Shown here in pieces: positions 1 to 8,568 of a stretch of 52,623 nucleotides of DNA. The stretch covers positions 1-52,623 of the forward strand of contig JBDKFG010000031.1 in assembly GCA_039798785.1 (NCBI GenBank). The letters run 5' to 3'. Each line of letters opens with the position of its first letter. Position 1 is the first letter of the stretch. The translations under genes were made by a program, and so were the position numbers. The stretch is from Verrucomicrobiota bacterium. Its GTDB lineage: Bacteria; Verrucomicrobiota; Lentisphaeria; Lentisphaerales; Lentisphaeraceae. A model generated the notes under the pieces. The model saw only the letters and a list, made by a program, of their open reading frames with translations, did no database searches and was not told the DNA's origin.

Positions 1-98
1 TTGAATCTTGAATCTTGAATCTTGAATCTTGAATCTTGAATCTTGAATCTTGAATCTTGAATCTTGAATCTTGAATCTTGAATCTTGAATCTTGAATC
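1..98. repeat. Perfect heptamer tandem array (TTGAATC)x14, truncated by the window edge
   Basis: Read directly; abuts the glgA stop codon. Confidence 0.97.
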
Positions 99-1312
99 TA
101 CCCCTTCCGGTAGGCCTCGACGGTCTGTTCGGCGATCGCCTTCCAGGAGAAGATGTCTTCGACCCGTTGGCGTCCGGCGGCGGCCATGGCGGCGCGTTTT
201 GCGGGGTCCGCGAGGAGGGCGTTGATGCCAGCAGCGAGGTCGCGGGAGAACTTCGCCGGCTCGACCGGCTCGAAGGGGGCGACTTGCAGCTGTTCGACCG
301 GGACCAGCAGGCCGGTGACGCCCGGGACGACTACTTCCTTGATGCCGCCGACCGCCGAGGCGACCACCGCGGTCTCGCAGGCCATCGCCTCGAGGTTGAT
401 GATGCCGAAGGGTTCGTAGATCGAAGGGCAGCAGAAGACGTCGGCGTGCGAGTAGAGCTTGATCTTCTGCTCGTTGCTGACCATCTGCTGGATCCAGATG
501 ACGCCGGGGCGAACCGCCTGCACCGCTTCCACAGCGGCGAGCATCTCGGCCTTGATCTCGGGGGTGTCGGGAGCGCCGGCGCAGAGCACCACCTGGGCGG
601 CGGGATCGATGTCCTTGATCGCATTGACCAGGTGGATGATGCCCTTCTGGCGGGTGATCCGGCCGAGGAAGAGGACCATCGGCTGATTCAGGTCGATGCC
701 GAAGCTGCTCATCAGCTCGTGGTCGAGGGTCTTGACGTATTCTTCGGTGTCGATGCCGTTGTAGATGACGCAGGTCTTCTCGGCTTTGACGCCGGGGAAG
801 AGGCGGAGCACATCTTCCTGGGTTTCGCGGGAGACGCAGATCACCTGGTCGGCCATCTCCAGGGCGGTGCGCTCGACCCAGGAGGAGAATTCGTAGCCGC
901 CGCCGAGCTGTTCGCGCTTCCAGGGGCGCAGGGGCTCGAGGGAGTGGACGGTGATGAACAGCTTCGAGCCGTACAGCAGCTTGGTCATGATGCCGCCGAA
1001 GTGGGCGTACCAGGTGTGGCAGTGGACGATCTCGGCGTCGGTGGGCTCCATCGCGAAGGACTCGCAGCGGGCGAGGGTGGAGAAGACGCTCTTGAAGCGC
1101 GGGTCCATGGCGGGGTTCTGGATCAGGGCGGGGTTGTGGCCGCGCACCTTGAGATTGGGCAGATCGGCATCGGGCGAGCCGTTCTTGTCGACGAAGCTGC
1201 GCACTTCCACGGGGATGAGCTTGGCGAGCTCGCGGGAGAGGTATTCGACGTGGACGCCGGCGCCGCCGTAGACGTTGGGGGGATATTCGTTGGTCAGCAG
1301 CAGGGTCTTCAT
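98..1312 (-). CDS. glgA: GT4 glycogen synthase / maltose-1-phosphate synthase (actinobacterial GlgA/GlgM type)
   Basis: LLTNEYPPNVYGGAGVHVEYL, HCHTWYA, HSLEPLRPWKREQLGGGY and PSIYEPFGIINLEAMAC motifs; start placed at MKTLLL. Confidence 0.9.
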   Translation of the reverse strand: MKTLLLTNEYPPNVYGGAGVHVEYLSRELAKLIPVEVRSFVDKNGSPDADLPNLKVRGHNPALIQNPAMDPRFKSVFSTLARCESFAMEPTDAEIVHCHTWYAHFGGIMTKLLYGSKLFITVHSLEPLRPWKREQLGGGYEFSSWVERTALEMADQVICVSRETQEDVLRLFPGVKAEKTCVIYNGIDTEEYVKTLDHELMSSFGIDLNQPMVLFLGRITRQKGIIHLVNAIKDIDPAAQVVLCAGAPDTPEIKAEMLAAVEAVQAVRPGVIWIQQMVSNEQKIKLYSHADVFCCPSIYEPFGIINLEAMACETAVVASAVGGIKEVVVPGVTGLLVPVEQLQVAPFEPVEPAKFSRDLAAGINALLADPAKRAAMAAAGRQRVEDIFSWKAIAEQTVEAYRKG

Positions 1313-1440
1313 GGCAGGTCTCCTCAATCGGTGTACCCGACAATGGAAGCTGCGCTTGGGGACAAATCAAGTCGGCCCGAGCGGACGAGGCCCCGGGGTG
1401 ACGCATTCGCAGGAGGAAATCGGCGCCCGGTCGTGCCCGG

Positions 1441-2238
1441 TCAGGAGACGCCCGCTCCTGCCGCGATCCCGCCGTCGGCGGGCAATTGGAAGACCCGGCA
1501 GGCGTTGGCCCAGGTCAGTTCGGCGAGGGTTTCGACGCTGACCTTGCGCTCCGAGGCGACCCGCGCCGCGACATGGGGGACGTAGGCCGGGGAATTGCGC
1601 TTGCCGCGGTGGGGGATCGGCGCCAGCCAGGGGGAGTCGGTCTCGATCAGGAGACGGTCGTCGGGGACGGCCTGCAGTGATTCCCGCAAGGCCTTGGCGC
1701 TGCTGAAGGTGACGATGCCGGAGTAGGAGATGTAGCCGCCGAGGTCGAGGAAGTCGCGCACCTGGCTCAGGTCGCCGGTGTAGCAGTGGAGGATGAAGGG
1801 CACTTGGCCGTTCAGGACCCGGCGCAGCGACGCGAGGGTTTCGGGGAAGGCGTCGCGGCAATGGATCACCGCCGGCTTGCCGGTCTCTTTCGACAGACCG
1901 AGGAAGGCCTCGAAGACCGCGATTTGGCGCTGCTTGTGATCGTCTTCGCGGTGGTAATGGAAGTCGAGGCCGATCTCGCCGACGGCGACGCAGCGGGGGT
2001 GCTGGTAAAGCTCACGGAAAGGAGCGAGGTCGCCGTCGAACTTGTCGATGTAATGGGGGTGGACGCCGGCGCTGAAGGCCATGCCCAGTTCCTCCGCCTC
2101 TTTTTGCGCCTGGCGCGAATCGGCCAGCTCGCAGCCGATGCGGGCCAGGCCTAAAACCCCGGCGGCCCGGGCAGCGGGAATGATGAGACGTCCGTCGTCT
2201 TCCGGATCGAGATGGAAATGAGTGTCGAAGAAGCGCAT
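1441..2238 (-). CDS. tatD: TatD family hydrolase/DNase
   Basis: DTHFHL, GVHPH, VGEIGLDF, IHCRDA, LHCYTG and ETDSPWLAP motifs. Confidence 0.93.
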   Translation of the reverse strand: MRFFDTHFHLDPEDDGRLIIPAARAAGVLGLARIGCELADSRQAQKEAEELGMAFSAGVHPHYIDKFDGDLAPFRELYQHPRCVAVGEIGLDFHYHREDDHKQRQIAVFEAFLGLSKETGKPAVIHCRDAFPETLASLRRVLNGQVPFILHCYTGDLSQVRDFLDLGGYISYSGIVTFSSAKALRESLQAVPDDRLLIETDSPWLAPIPHRGKRNSPAYVPHVAARVASERKVSVETLAELTWANACRVFQLPADGGIAAGAGVS

Positions 2239-2250
2239 GGGGGACTTAGG

Positions 2251-2274
2251 AGGTTGGAAGGTTGAAAGGTTGAA
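2251..2274. repeat. Octamer tandem (AGGTTGAA)x3
   Basis: AGGTTGGA-AGGTTGAA-AGGTTGAA; same unit at 26105, 37690, 37829, 51208 and 51338. Confidence 0.8.
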
Positions 2275-2286
2275 TCAAATCATGTA

Positions 2287-2528
2287 GCCCCGGAGGGGCG
2301 ATCCGATCTCAGCCCGGGGTGGAGCCGAGGAACGAGGCGCAGCCCCGGGTCGGAAAGAAATTGAGTACGAGCCCCAGCGGGGCGGCTTGAAAGCGTGATA
2401 TCGATATTCAAGCTTGGCAAAGGCTTCATGTCGCCCTTTCAGGGCTCGGACATTTACGTTTAAAACCTGGGGCTGCGCCTCGTCCCTCGGCTCCACCCCA
2501 GGCTGAGATCAGGCAGCCCCTCTGGGGC
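2287..2528. repeat. REP/REPIN-like long imperfect inverted-repeat element
   Basis: 2287-2299 pairs with 2516-2528, 2305-2350 with 2465-2510, and 2369-2386 with 2430-2447; related half-units at 36093-36190 and 17397-17432. Confidence 0.85.
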
Positions 2529-2558
2529 AAGTGAAGAACGAGTTCAAGCTCTGCTTTC

Positions 2559-3194
2559 TCAGCGCTTGTTGTTCTTGACGACGCTGTAGGGGTGATTGTT
2601 GAGGCGTTTGACCTGGATGTCCATCCAGATGCCTTTGCTCGGGTTGCCGGAGCGGCTGCCGGCGGCTTCGAGGCGGTCGAGGACATCAAGACCTTCGACG
2701 ATCTTGCCGAAGACGGTGTGGCGGCCGTTGAGCCAGGGGGTGTCGTTGAAGCAGAGGAAGAACTGCGAGCCGTTGGTGTCGGGGCCGCTGTTGGCCATGG
2801 AGAGGATGCCGCGTCCGACATGGAGCAGATGAGGGTGGCACTCGTCGTCGATGGCGTAACCCGGGCCGCCGGTGCCGGGGTGGCCTTGTTCCTGACCGCG
2901 GCGGGTGTTGGGGCAGCCGCCTTGGGCCATGAAGCCGGGGATGACGCGGTGGAAACGGAGATCCTTGTAGAAGCCGCTCTGAGCCAAGCCGATGAAGTTG
3001 GCGACGGTGTTCGGGCATTTGTCTTCGTAGAGCTCGGCAGTCATGGTGCCTTCGCTGGTGACGATGTTGACCAAGGGGTGTTGGTAGCTGGAGCTGATCT
3101 CGGGGCTAGCCGGAGTCGCGGCGGCGGCCGGAGCGGGCGCGCTGGAGCAGGCGGCGGTGAAGGCAAGGGCGAGCAGGAGGAGGAGTTTTTTCAT
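2559..3194 (-). CDS. Cyclophilin-type peptidyl-prolyl isomerase, lipoprotein
   Basis: FHRVIPGFMAQGG, GTGGPGY, LSMANSGPDTNGSQFF and WLNGRHTVFG; lipobox MKKLLLLLALAFTAAC. Confidence 0.93.
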   Translation of the reverse strand: MKKLLLLLALAFTAACSSAPAPAAAATPASPEISSSYQHPLVNIVTSEGTMTAELYEDKCPNTVANFIGLAQSGFYKDLRFHRVIPGFMAQGGCPNTRRGQEQGHPGTGGPGYAIDDECHPHLLHVGRGILSMANSGPDTNGSQFFLCFNDTPWLNGRHTVFGKIVEGLDVLDRLEAAGSRSGNPSKGIWMDIQVKRLNNHPYSVVKNNKR

Positions 3195-3219
3195 GGGAGC
3201 CTTTTGGGTTTGGGGGAAA

Positions 3220-4200
3220 TTACGGCCGTCCGGCGGCGATCCAGTCACGGATTTCAAGGGCACTCAAGCCAGTCGCCTTGAGCATCTGTTCATCGCTCAG
3301 GCCGAGTTGCAGCAGCGCTTCTGCCGAAGCCAGTTTTTCGCGTTGAGCGGCGCGCAGGACATCGGCGAGCTTGGCTTCCGCCTGCTTCAGCTCAGATTCG
3401 GTGTGTAAGCGCAGCTGCCGCTCTTTCTCGAGCAATTCGAAAGCGGCTAGTTTGTCGCGCTCTTCGTCCTGGATGATCTTCAGGTATTCGTCCTCGAGAA
3501 TCATCCGCTTGCGAACTTCGGCCGACTGCGTCGCCCGGAGAAGGATGCGGGCAATGCTGCGGAACTGTTCAGGGACGCCGTCTTCATCGACGATGAGCTG
3601 GCGGGAATCTTCGGGGTCGAGCTGTTGCTGGTCGAAAAAGCCGAGGAGCTGCTCAAGCGGGGTGCGGGCTTTTTCATGGAGACGGCTGACTTGGATGACG
3701 ATGCTGTCATGGGTCAGACCTTCGACGAAGGGCGAGCGGATTTTCAACTCTTCGCGGGTGATGGCGTCGAAATAGCCGCGGCGGATGCGCAGCACCGGCG
3801 TTTCGATGCCGTCGATGGGGTAGGCCAGGAAGTAGATGCTGAGGATCGGCAGGGCGGTTTTGCGATCGCGGCCCTGGTGTTTTTCGACGACGCAGTTGTC
3901 GGGATGGGCATATTGCTCGCCGATGTAGCGACGAAAGCGCATCACATCGTCGGGCAGCTTCGCCTTCTGCACTTCGATCAGGATCAACTGCGTCGTGCCG
4001 TCGGGCAGGCGCACCTTGGCGCGGAAATCAAGACGGTAGACCACCAGCGAAGCATGCACCTCGGTGATGTGTTCGTTGACGCTGGGTTCAAGTGACTCGA
4101 TGTCCATCTCGGTGATCGTCGCAATGATCAGACGAGCGACCGCGGGGTCGCTCATCAGATATTTGAAGACGCTGTCGTAAATGGGGTTGGCGATGCGCAT
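3220..4200 (-). CDS. Rpn/PD-(D/E)XK nuclease-like protein with C-terminal coiled coil
   Basis: NPIYDSVFKYLM start, RLDF...LIEVQKA motif, MRFRRYIGEQY, and a LGLSDEQMLKATGLS tail typical of Rpn-family C-termini. Confidence 0.7.
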   Translation of the reverse strand: MRIANPIYDSVFKYLMSDPAVARLIIATITEMDIESLEPSVNEHITEVHASLVVYRLDFRAKVRLPDGTTQLILIEVQKAKLPDDVMRFRRYIGEQYAHPDNCVVEKHQGRDRKTALPILSIYFLAYPIDGIETPVLRIRRGYFDAITREELKIRSPFVEGLTHDSIVIQVSRLHEKARTPLEQLLGFFDQQQLDPEDSRQLIVDEDGVPEQFRSIARILLRATQSAEVRKRMILEDEYLKIIQDEERDKLAAFELLEKERQLRLHTESELKQAEAKLADVLRAAQREKLASAEALLQLGLSDEQMLKATGLSALEIRDWIAAGRP

Positions 4201-4242
4201 GATTTTCAGTTCTCGTATTTCCTCAATCTAGCACCGGATCTT

Positions 4243-5394
4243 TCAGATACAGGCGGTGAAGCGGCGCCCGGGGAGAGGCTTGACCTGGCCGCGCAATTCC
4301 ATCTCCAGCAAGGCGGCGAAGAGCTTGCCGGGAGTCTCGCCGGTTTCGTCGGAGAGGGTGTCGGCGGTGGCGTCGCCGCGGCTCAGGGTGTCGAGAATCT
4401 TCTGCTCGAGCGGACTGAGCTGGACGACCGGGAAGAGCTCGGGTTGGCGAAGCGGTTGGGCTGAAGTTTTTGCGCTGGACGCAACAGCGGCATTTTTCAC
4501 CCGCTTGATTCCCGGCAGGAAGCTCAGCTCGTCGATGACGTCATCGAAGTTTTCGCATAGGCGGGCGCCGTCGCGGAGGAGCGAGTGGCAGCCGCGGGAC
4601 TGCGGCGAGGTCACCTGTCCGGGCACGGCGAGGACGCTGCGGCCCTGTTCGAGGGCGAGGTTGCAGGTGATCAGCGAGCCGCTGCCGGTGCCGGCTTCGA
4701 CGCAGAGGGTGGCGCGGGTCATGCCGGCGACAATGCGGTTGCGCATCGGGAAGGTGTGTTTTGCGGGGGCCGCAAGCAAGGGGAATTCGCTGATCACGGC
4801 GCCGCCGGAATCGGCGATGCGGCGGGCGAGGGCGACGTTCTCGAAGGGGAAGATGCGGCCGACGCCGCCGCCGAGGACGGCGATGGTCTTGCCGCCTTCG
4901 TCGAGGGTGGCTTTGTGAGCGCAGGTGTCGATCCCTTGAGCCAGGCCGCTGACCACGGTCCAGCCGGCGGCGACGGCTTCGGCGCAGAGCTTGCGGCTCA
5001 TCTGTTCGCCGTAGCGGCTGGGGTGGCGGGTGCCGACGACGGCGAGGGTCTTTTCGGCTTCGCGCAGGCAGGAGCTGTGACCGAGGACATAGAGGATGAC
5101 CGGGGCGTCGCGCAACTCTTTCAGCAGGGGCGGGTAATCAGGATCCTGGAAGGTGAGGATCTTGACGCCGGCTTCATCGCAGGCGCGCAGTTCGGCCTTG
5201 AGGTCGCAGAAGTTCTGCCACTCGAGGATCTGCTGGGCCAGCTTGTCGCCGATGCCCGGCACTCGCGCCAGTTCGCTGCGGCTGCGGAGAAAAACGGTGG
5301 AGAGCGAGCCGAACTCCTCCTCAAGGGCGCGGATCCGGATCGGGCCGATGCCGGGAAGAAGATTTAAAACCACCAAGGCGTGAAAGCTTTCCAT
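4243..5394 (-). CDS. dprA: DNA-processing protein DprA/Smf
   Basis: AVVGTRHPSRYG, VVSGLAQGID, FPMRNRIVAG and GSGSLIT; C-terminal winged helix. Confidence 0.95.
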   Translation of the reverse strand: MESFHALVVLNLLPGIGPIRIRALEEEFGSLSTVFLRSRSELARVPGIGDKLAQQILEWQNFCDLKAELRACDEAGVKILTFQDPDYPPLLKELRDAPVILYVLGHSSCLREAEKTLAVVGTRHPSRYGEQMSRKLCAEAVAAGWTVVSGLAQGIDTCAHKATLDEGGKTIAVLGGGVGRIFPFENVALARRIADSGGAVISEFPLLAAPAKHTFPMRNRIVAGMTRATLCVEAGTGSGSLITCNLALEQGRSVLAVPGQVTSPQSRGCHSLLRDGARLCENFDDVIDELSFLPGIKRVKNAAVASSAKTSAQPLRQPELFPVVQLSPLEQKILDTLSRGDATADTLSDETGETPGKLFAALLEMELRGQVKPLPGRRFTACI

Positions 5395-5483
5395 AATTCA
5401 AGTTCCGGTGTATGTTGATGACAGAGCCCTAATTAAGAGGGATCAGCCACCTTCGTCCACTCCCACCCAGAAGGATCCGCCCC

Positions 5484-5960
5484 ATGCGACGCTCACGCTT
5501 CACCCTGATCGAGATGCTGGTCGTCATCTGCATCCTCCTCATCCTCATGGCCCTCGGCGCCGCCGGGGTCAACAAGGTGCTGCAGAACAACGCCAAGAAG
5601 CAGACCAAGCTGGCGGTGAAGGGTGTGGTCGCGGCTTGTGAAAGCTACAAGAATCGATATGGCTCAATGCCTGGGGCCGCCACAACATGGACTGCGGTCG
5701 ACTTCGGCAGTAAGCTCCATGACGGCGGTGCCGCTGCAGGCGGAGGCGCCCAAAACAAGTGGTACATCGATTACACCGCTCTGGAATTGACTCTCTCTTC
5801 TAATCAGATCCAGGATTACTGGGGCAACAACCTTAGGTATAGATACACCGCTGCAGGCGATTTCCTCGAGGTTTATTCATTTGGGCCGGACGGCAATGAC
5901 GATGCCGGCCTCAACAATGGAAGCTCAACTGTCGATGACATCTCCAGCTCCGGCCCCTGA
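5484..5960 (+). CDS. Type IV pilin / T2SS pseudopilin-like protein
   Basis: RFTLIEMLVVICILLIL N-methylation motif; GspG-like DYWGNNLRY and YSFGPDG C-terminus. Confidence 0.85.
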   Translation: MRRSRFTLIEMLVVICILLILMALGAAGVNKVLQNNAKKQTKLAVKGVVAACESYKNRYGSMPGAATTWTAVDFGSKLHDGGAAAGGGAQNKWYIDYTALELTLSSNQIQDYWGNNLRYRYTAAGDFLEVYSFGPDGNDDAGLNNGSSTVDDISSSGP

Positions 5961-6721
5961 TGCCTCCAGATTCCTGGTCGCTTTCCCGCGACCTGCTGTT
6001 CCGCTTTTGCCCTCGCGCCTACTGGTTGCGCTACCGCGGCCCCCGAGATCCTTGGGGCCGCGTTTCTTTGCCCCTGAAAAAACTCGATTCACCGGAGATT
6101 TCGCGTCTTCGCGAGGACGGTTTGCGCGCCGCGTTTTACGCTCTGCTGGACGACGCTGAAGCTTGGAAAGTCCGGCAGGCCTGTCGTCAAGCGATCTTCC
6201 GTCAGGCGTCCGCCATAAGCGGCGCTGCAGCGGCGTCTGAATGGGCCGAAGTATTGCTGGAAGAGAGCGGCGACGCCTTGGAGGCCCTGAGCGATTCGGC
6301 CGATCTGGCGCAGCTGCGGCTGCTGCCGCCGGGGCATTTTTTGAGTCAGGAGCCAATCGCCATCCCGGTGGGTGAATTCAGCGCCTTCAGCCGCCTTGAC
6401 GGACGTTGGGCTGGGCAAGGCAAGTGGAAGCTCTTGCAGGTCGGCTGCGGCGGTCCACACCGCTGGCGTCTTGCGCTGGCCGAGCTTTGGGCGGCGACGA
6501 AGGGCCTGGCCCGTTTCGGCGAGGCCGAGCTCGCCTGGTTCGACCTCGAGACGGGGCGGCTCGAATGGTGTGGCAGCAGCGCCGAAGCGGCGCAACAAGT
6601 GCGCGAACGGGTGCTCAGCGGCGCGCCGCGGCTCCTCTCTGCTGACGAAGCGGATTATCCCTTATGCGAAGAGCGCGAAAAATGCCGTAAGTGCCCGTGG
6701 CGGGAAAGCTGCGGTCGCTGA
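5960..6721 (+). CDS. Cas4/AddB-like PD-(D/E)XK-fold protein with probable Fe-S staple and degenerate active site
   Basis: N-terminal FCPRAYW plus C-terminal CRKCPWRESC; start overlaps the pilin stop (TGATG). Confidence 0.55.
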   Translation: MPPDSWSLSRDLLFRFCPRAYWLRYRGPRDPWGRVSLPLKKLDSPEISRLREDGLRAAFYALLDDAEAWKVRQACRQAIFRQASAISGAAAASEWAEVLLEESGDALEALSDSADLAQLRLLPPGHFLSQEPIAIPVGEFSAFSRLDGRWAGQGKWKLLQVGCGGPHRWRLALAELWAATKGLARFGEAELAWFDLETGRLEWCGSSAEAAQQVRERVLSGAPRLLSADEADYPLCEEREKCRKCPWRESCGR

Positions 6722-6736
6722 GCTGGGCCGGAAATG

Positions 6737-6774
6737 AAAAGACGGAGCCGGCCAGGGGCTCCGTCCAATTTTTT
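6737..6774. terminator. Probable bidirectional intrinsic terminator
   Basis: AAAA-GACGGAGCC-loop-GGCTCCGTC-CAATTTTTT between convergent genes. Confidence 0.65.
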
Positions 6775-6793
6775 CAGGAGGGATCAGGGCGGG

Positions 6794-7162
6794 TCAGGGC
6801 GCGGATTTTTCTCCTCGCGCATGAACCGTCATTCGGCCGAAGATGCCGAGGATTTGGAAGTACTCGTAGTCGGCATACTGCACTTTGCCGACTCCGCCTT
6901 TGGCGGCGGCGGTTTTCACCGAGGCGTCGTCCCAGGCGAAGGACAGGGCGCCGTAGGTGAAGGGAACGCAGACGAAGTAGGTCGACGAGGAGCCGCTCGC
7001 CGCCGATTCGACCGGGATCTGATCGGCATTGAGGCTGAGGGGGGCCGAGCCGGAGGCGAAGATCGCTCCGGTGGGCGGCATGAAGGGCGCCTTGTAGCCG
7101 GCACAGCTGCTGCCGAAAACGGTGCAGAGGCCGAGGGCGAGGCCGAGAAGTCGCTTTCTCAT
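6794..7162 (-). CDS. TRL-like family lipoprotein
   Basis: Lipobox (FGSSC), APFMPPTG, WDDASVKTAAAKGG...ADYEYFQILGIF; paralog of the next gene. Confidence 0.7.
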   Translation of the reverse strand: MRKRLLGLALGLCTVFGSSCAGYKAPFMPPTGAIFASGSAPLSLNADQIPVESAASGSSSTYFVCVPFTYGALSFAWDDASVKTAAAKGGVGKVQYADYEYFQILGIFGRMTVHARGEKSAP

Positions 7163-7185
7163 GGGAGCCTCCGAGTCAGGGTGAA

Positions 7186-7509
7186 TCACTCGCCTTCGAC
7201 GACGACGGTGGTCTTTTGATAGACGCCGATGACGTTGAAGAATTCATAGTCGGCATTGGAAATCGTCTTGAGCTGGCCCTTGGCGGCGGCGGTCTTGGTG
7301 CTGCAATCGCCCCAGGAGACCAGGCCGAGAATGCAGAAGGCTTCGGCGCGACCGGTCTTGGTGGTGACGGCGGTGTCCTTGTAGTCGAGGTCGAGCGGCG
7401 CCTTGATGTCGGCATAGGCAGCGCCGACGGGCGGGACGAAGGGGGCGGTGACGCAGGACGCCATGGAGGAGACGAAAGCGGCGGCGGCGAGGACTTTGAG
7501 CATTTTCAT
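7186..7509 (-). CDS. TRL-like family lipoprotein
   Basis: Lipobox (MASC), ILGLVSWGDCSTKTAAAKGQL...ADYEFFNVIGVY; SD AGGAG upstream. Confidence 0.8.
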   Translation of the reverse strand: MKMLKVLAAAAFVSSMASCVTAPFVPPVGAAYADIKAPLDLDYKDTAVTTKTGRAEAFCILGLVSWGDCSTKTAAAKGQLKTISNADYEFFNVIGVYQKTTVVVEGE

Positions 7510-7610
7510 GAGATCTCCTGGGTTTCTTTGTGCATGCCCGGCGATGGACGCAGGGCCTCGTCCATGATAACACCGCCGCGGTCACCTTTGCAAGTCCTGG
7601 CGGGAAAGTC

Positions 7611-7638
7611 TTGACGCTTCCTTCCCGCCTTCTAGACT
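7611..7638 (+). promoter_or_regulatory. sigma70-like promoter, probably leaderless
   Basis: TTGACG-16nt-TAGACT, ending 7 nt before ATG 7646. Confidence 0.5.
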
Positions 7639-7645
7639 GGGGACC

Positions 7646-8554
7646 ATGCATGAATCTCCACAATGGATCCGCCGCGGCGACTGGCTCGAGCGTGCCGAGG
7701 GCCAGCGCCGCCGCCTCGACGCCCTGGTCGGCGACTACGTCGCCGCGCGGCGGCAGGGGCGGCACGACGCGGTGCTCGAGTTCCTTTTCGAGTATTACAG
7801 CTTTCCGCCGGGGCGCCTGGCCCGATGGTCGCCTTCGCCCGGCTGCCTGCTCGAAGGGCCGCTTGAAGGGCTCGGCAACGCGCCGTATTTCCGTCCGGAC
7901 GGAGCCGGCTGGGGATTCGATCCGGAGCGGATGCCGCGGCATCGCCGCCGCGCCCTGGAGTGGACCCGCAAGCTGCTCCGCCGCAGTGCCGCGGCGCTGC
8001 CGCATCTTGCCTGTTTCGGCCTCCACGAATGGGCGATGGTCGAGCGCGACGGCAGCCACCGTCACCATCGGCTTCCCCTGCGGTTTCCGGCCGCCGAGAT
8101 CGCCGATCTCGTCGCCCGCCAGGGGACCAGCTGCACCCACTACGACGCCTTCCGCTTCTTCACCGCCGAGGCGGCGCCGAAGAACCTGCACCAGACCAGT
8201 CGCGATCGCCAGGAGGAATTCGAGCAGCCCGCCTGCCTTCATGCCAACATGGATCTGTACAAGTGGGCGAACAAGCTCCATCCCTGGATCGAGGGCGAAC
8301 TCCTCCTCGACTGCCTCGAGCTGGCCCTGGACTGCCGCCGCCTCGACATGCAGGCCTCGCCTTACGACCTCGCGGCGCAAGGACTTCCGCCCGTGCCGGT
8401 GGAGACTGCGGCGGGAAGAGAGGAATACGCCCGGCGTCAACGATCCCTGATGCTCCGGGCGCAAGCCCTGCGGCCTCGACTTGCCGCCGCCTACGACGAG
8501 CTCCTCGAAATCCTGCCGGATGGGAGCTGCGCGACTTCCGAAACCCCCAACTGA
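7646..8554 (+). CDS. Conserved protein of the family often annotated '3-methyladenine DNA glycosylase' (function unverified)
   Basis: FLFEYYSF, CFGLHEWAMV, CTHYDAFRFFT, EQPACLHANMDLYKWA and LDMQASPYDL motifs. Confidence 0.75.
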   Translation: MHESPQWIRRGDWLERAEGQRRRLDALVGDYVAARRQGRHDAVLEFLFEYYSFPPGRLARWSPSPGCLLEGPLEGLGNAPYFRPDGAGWGFDPERMPRHRRRALEWTRKLLRRSAAALPHLACFGLHEWAMVERDGSHRHHRLPLRFPAAEIADLVARQGTSCTHYDAFRFFTAEAAPKNLHQTSRDRQEEFEQPACLHANMDLYKWANKLHPWIEGELLLDCLELALDCRRLDMQASPYDLAAQGLPPVPVETAAGREEYARRQRSLMLRAQALRPRLAAAYDELLEILPDGSCATSETPN

Positions 8555-8568
8555 TAAGGATGCCTTTC

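Noticed and set aside
1..98. CRISPR or telomere interpretation of the TTGAATC array
   Set aside because: No spacers or cas genes; bacterial gene context; the same unit is dispersed internally
92..1585. 497-aa plus-strand ORF
   Set aside because: Antisense shadow of glgA; no recognisable motifs
7960..8568. 5' extension of the 660-aa ORF
   Set aside because: Overlaps the upstream gene out of frame; SD and lipobox indicate a start at 8569
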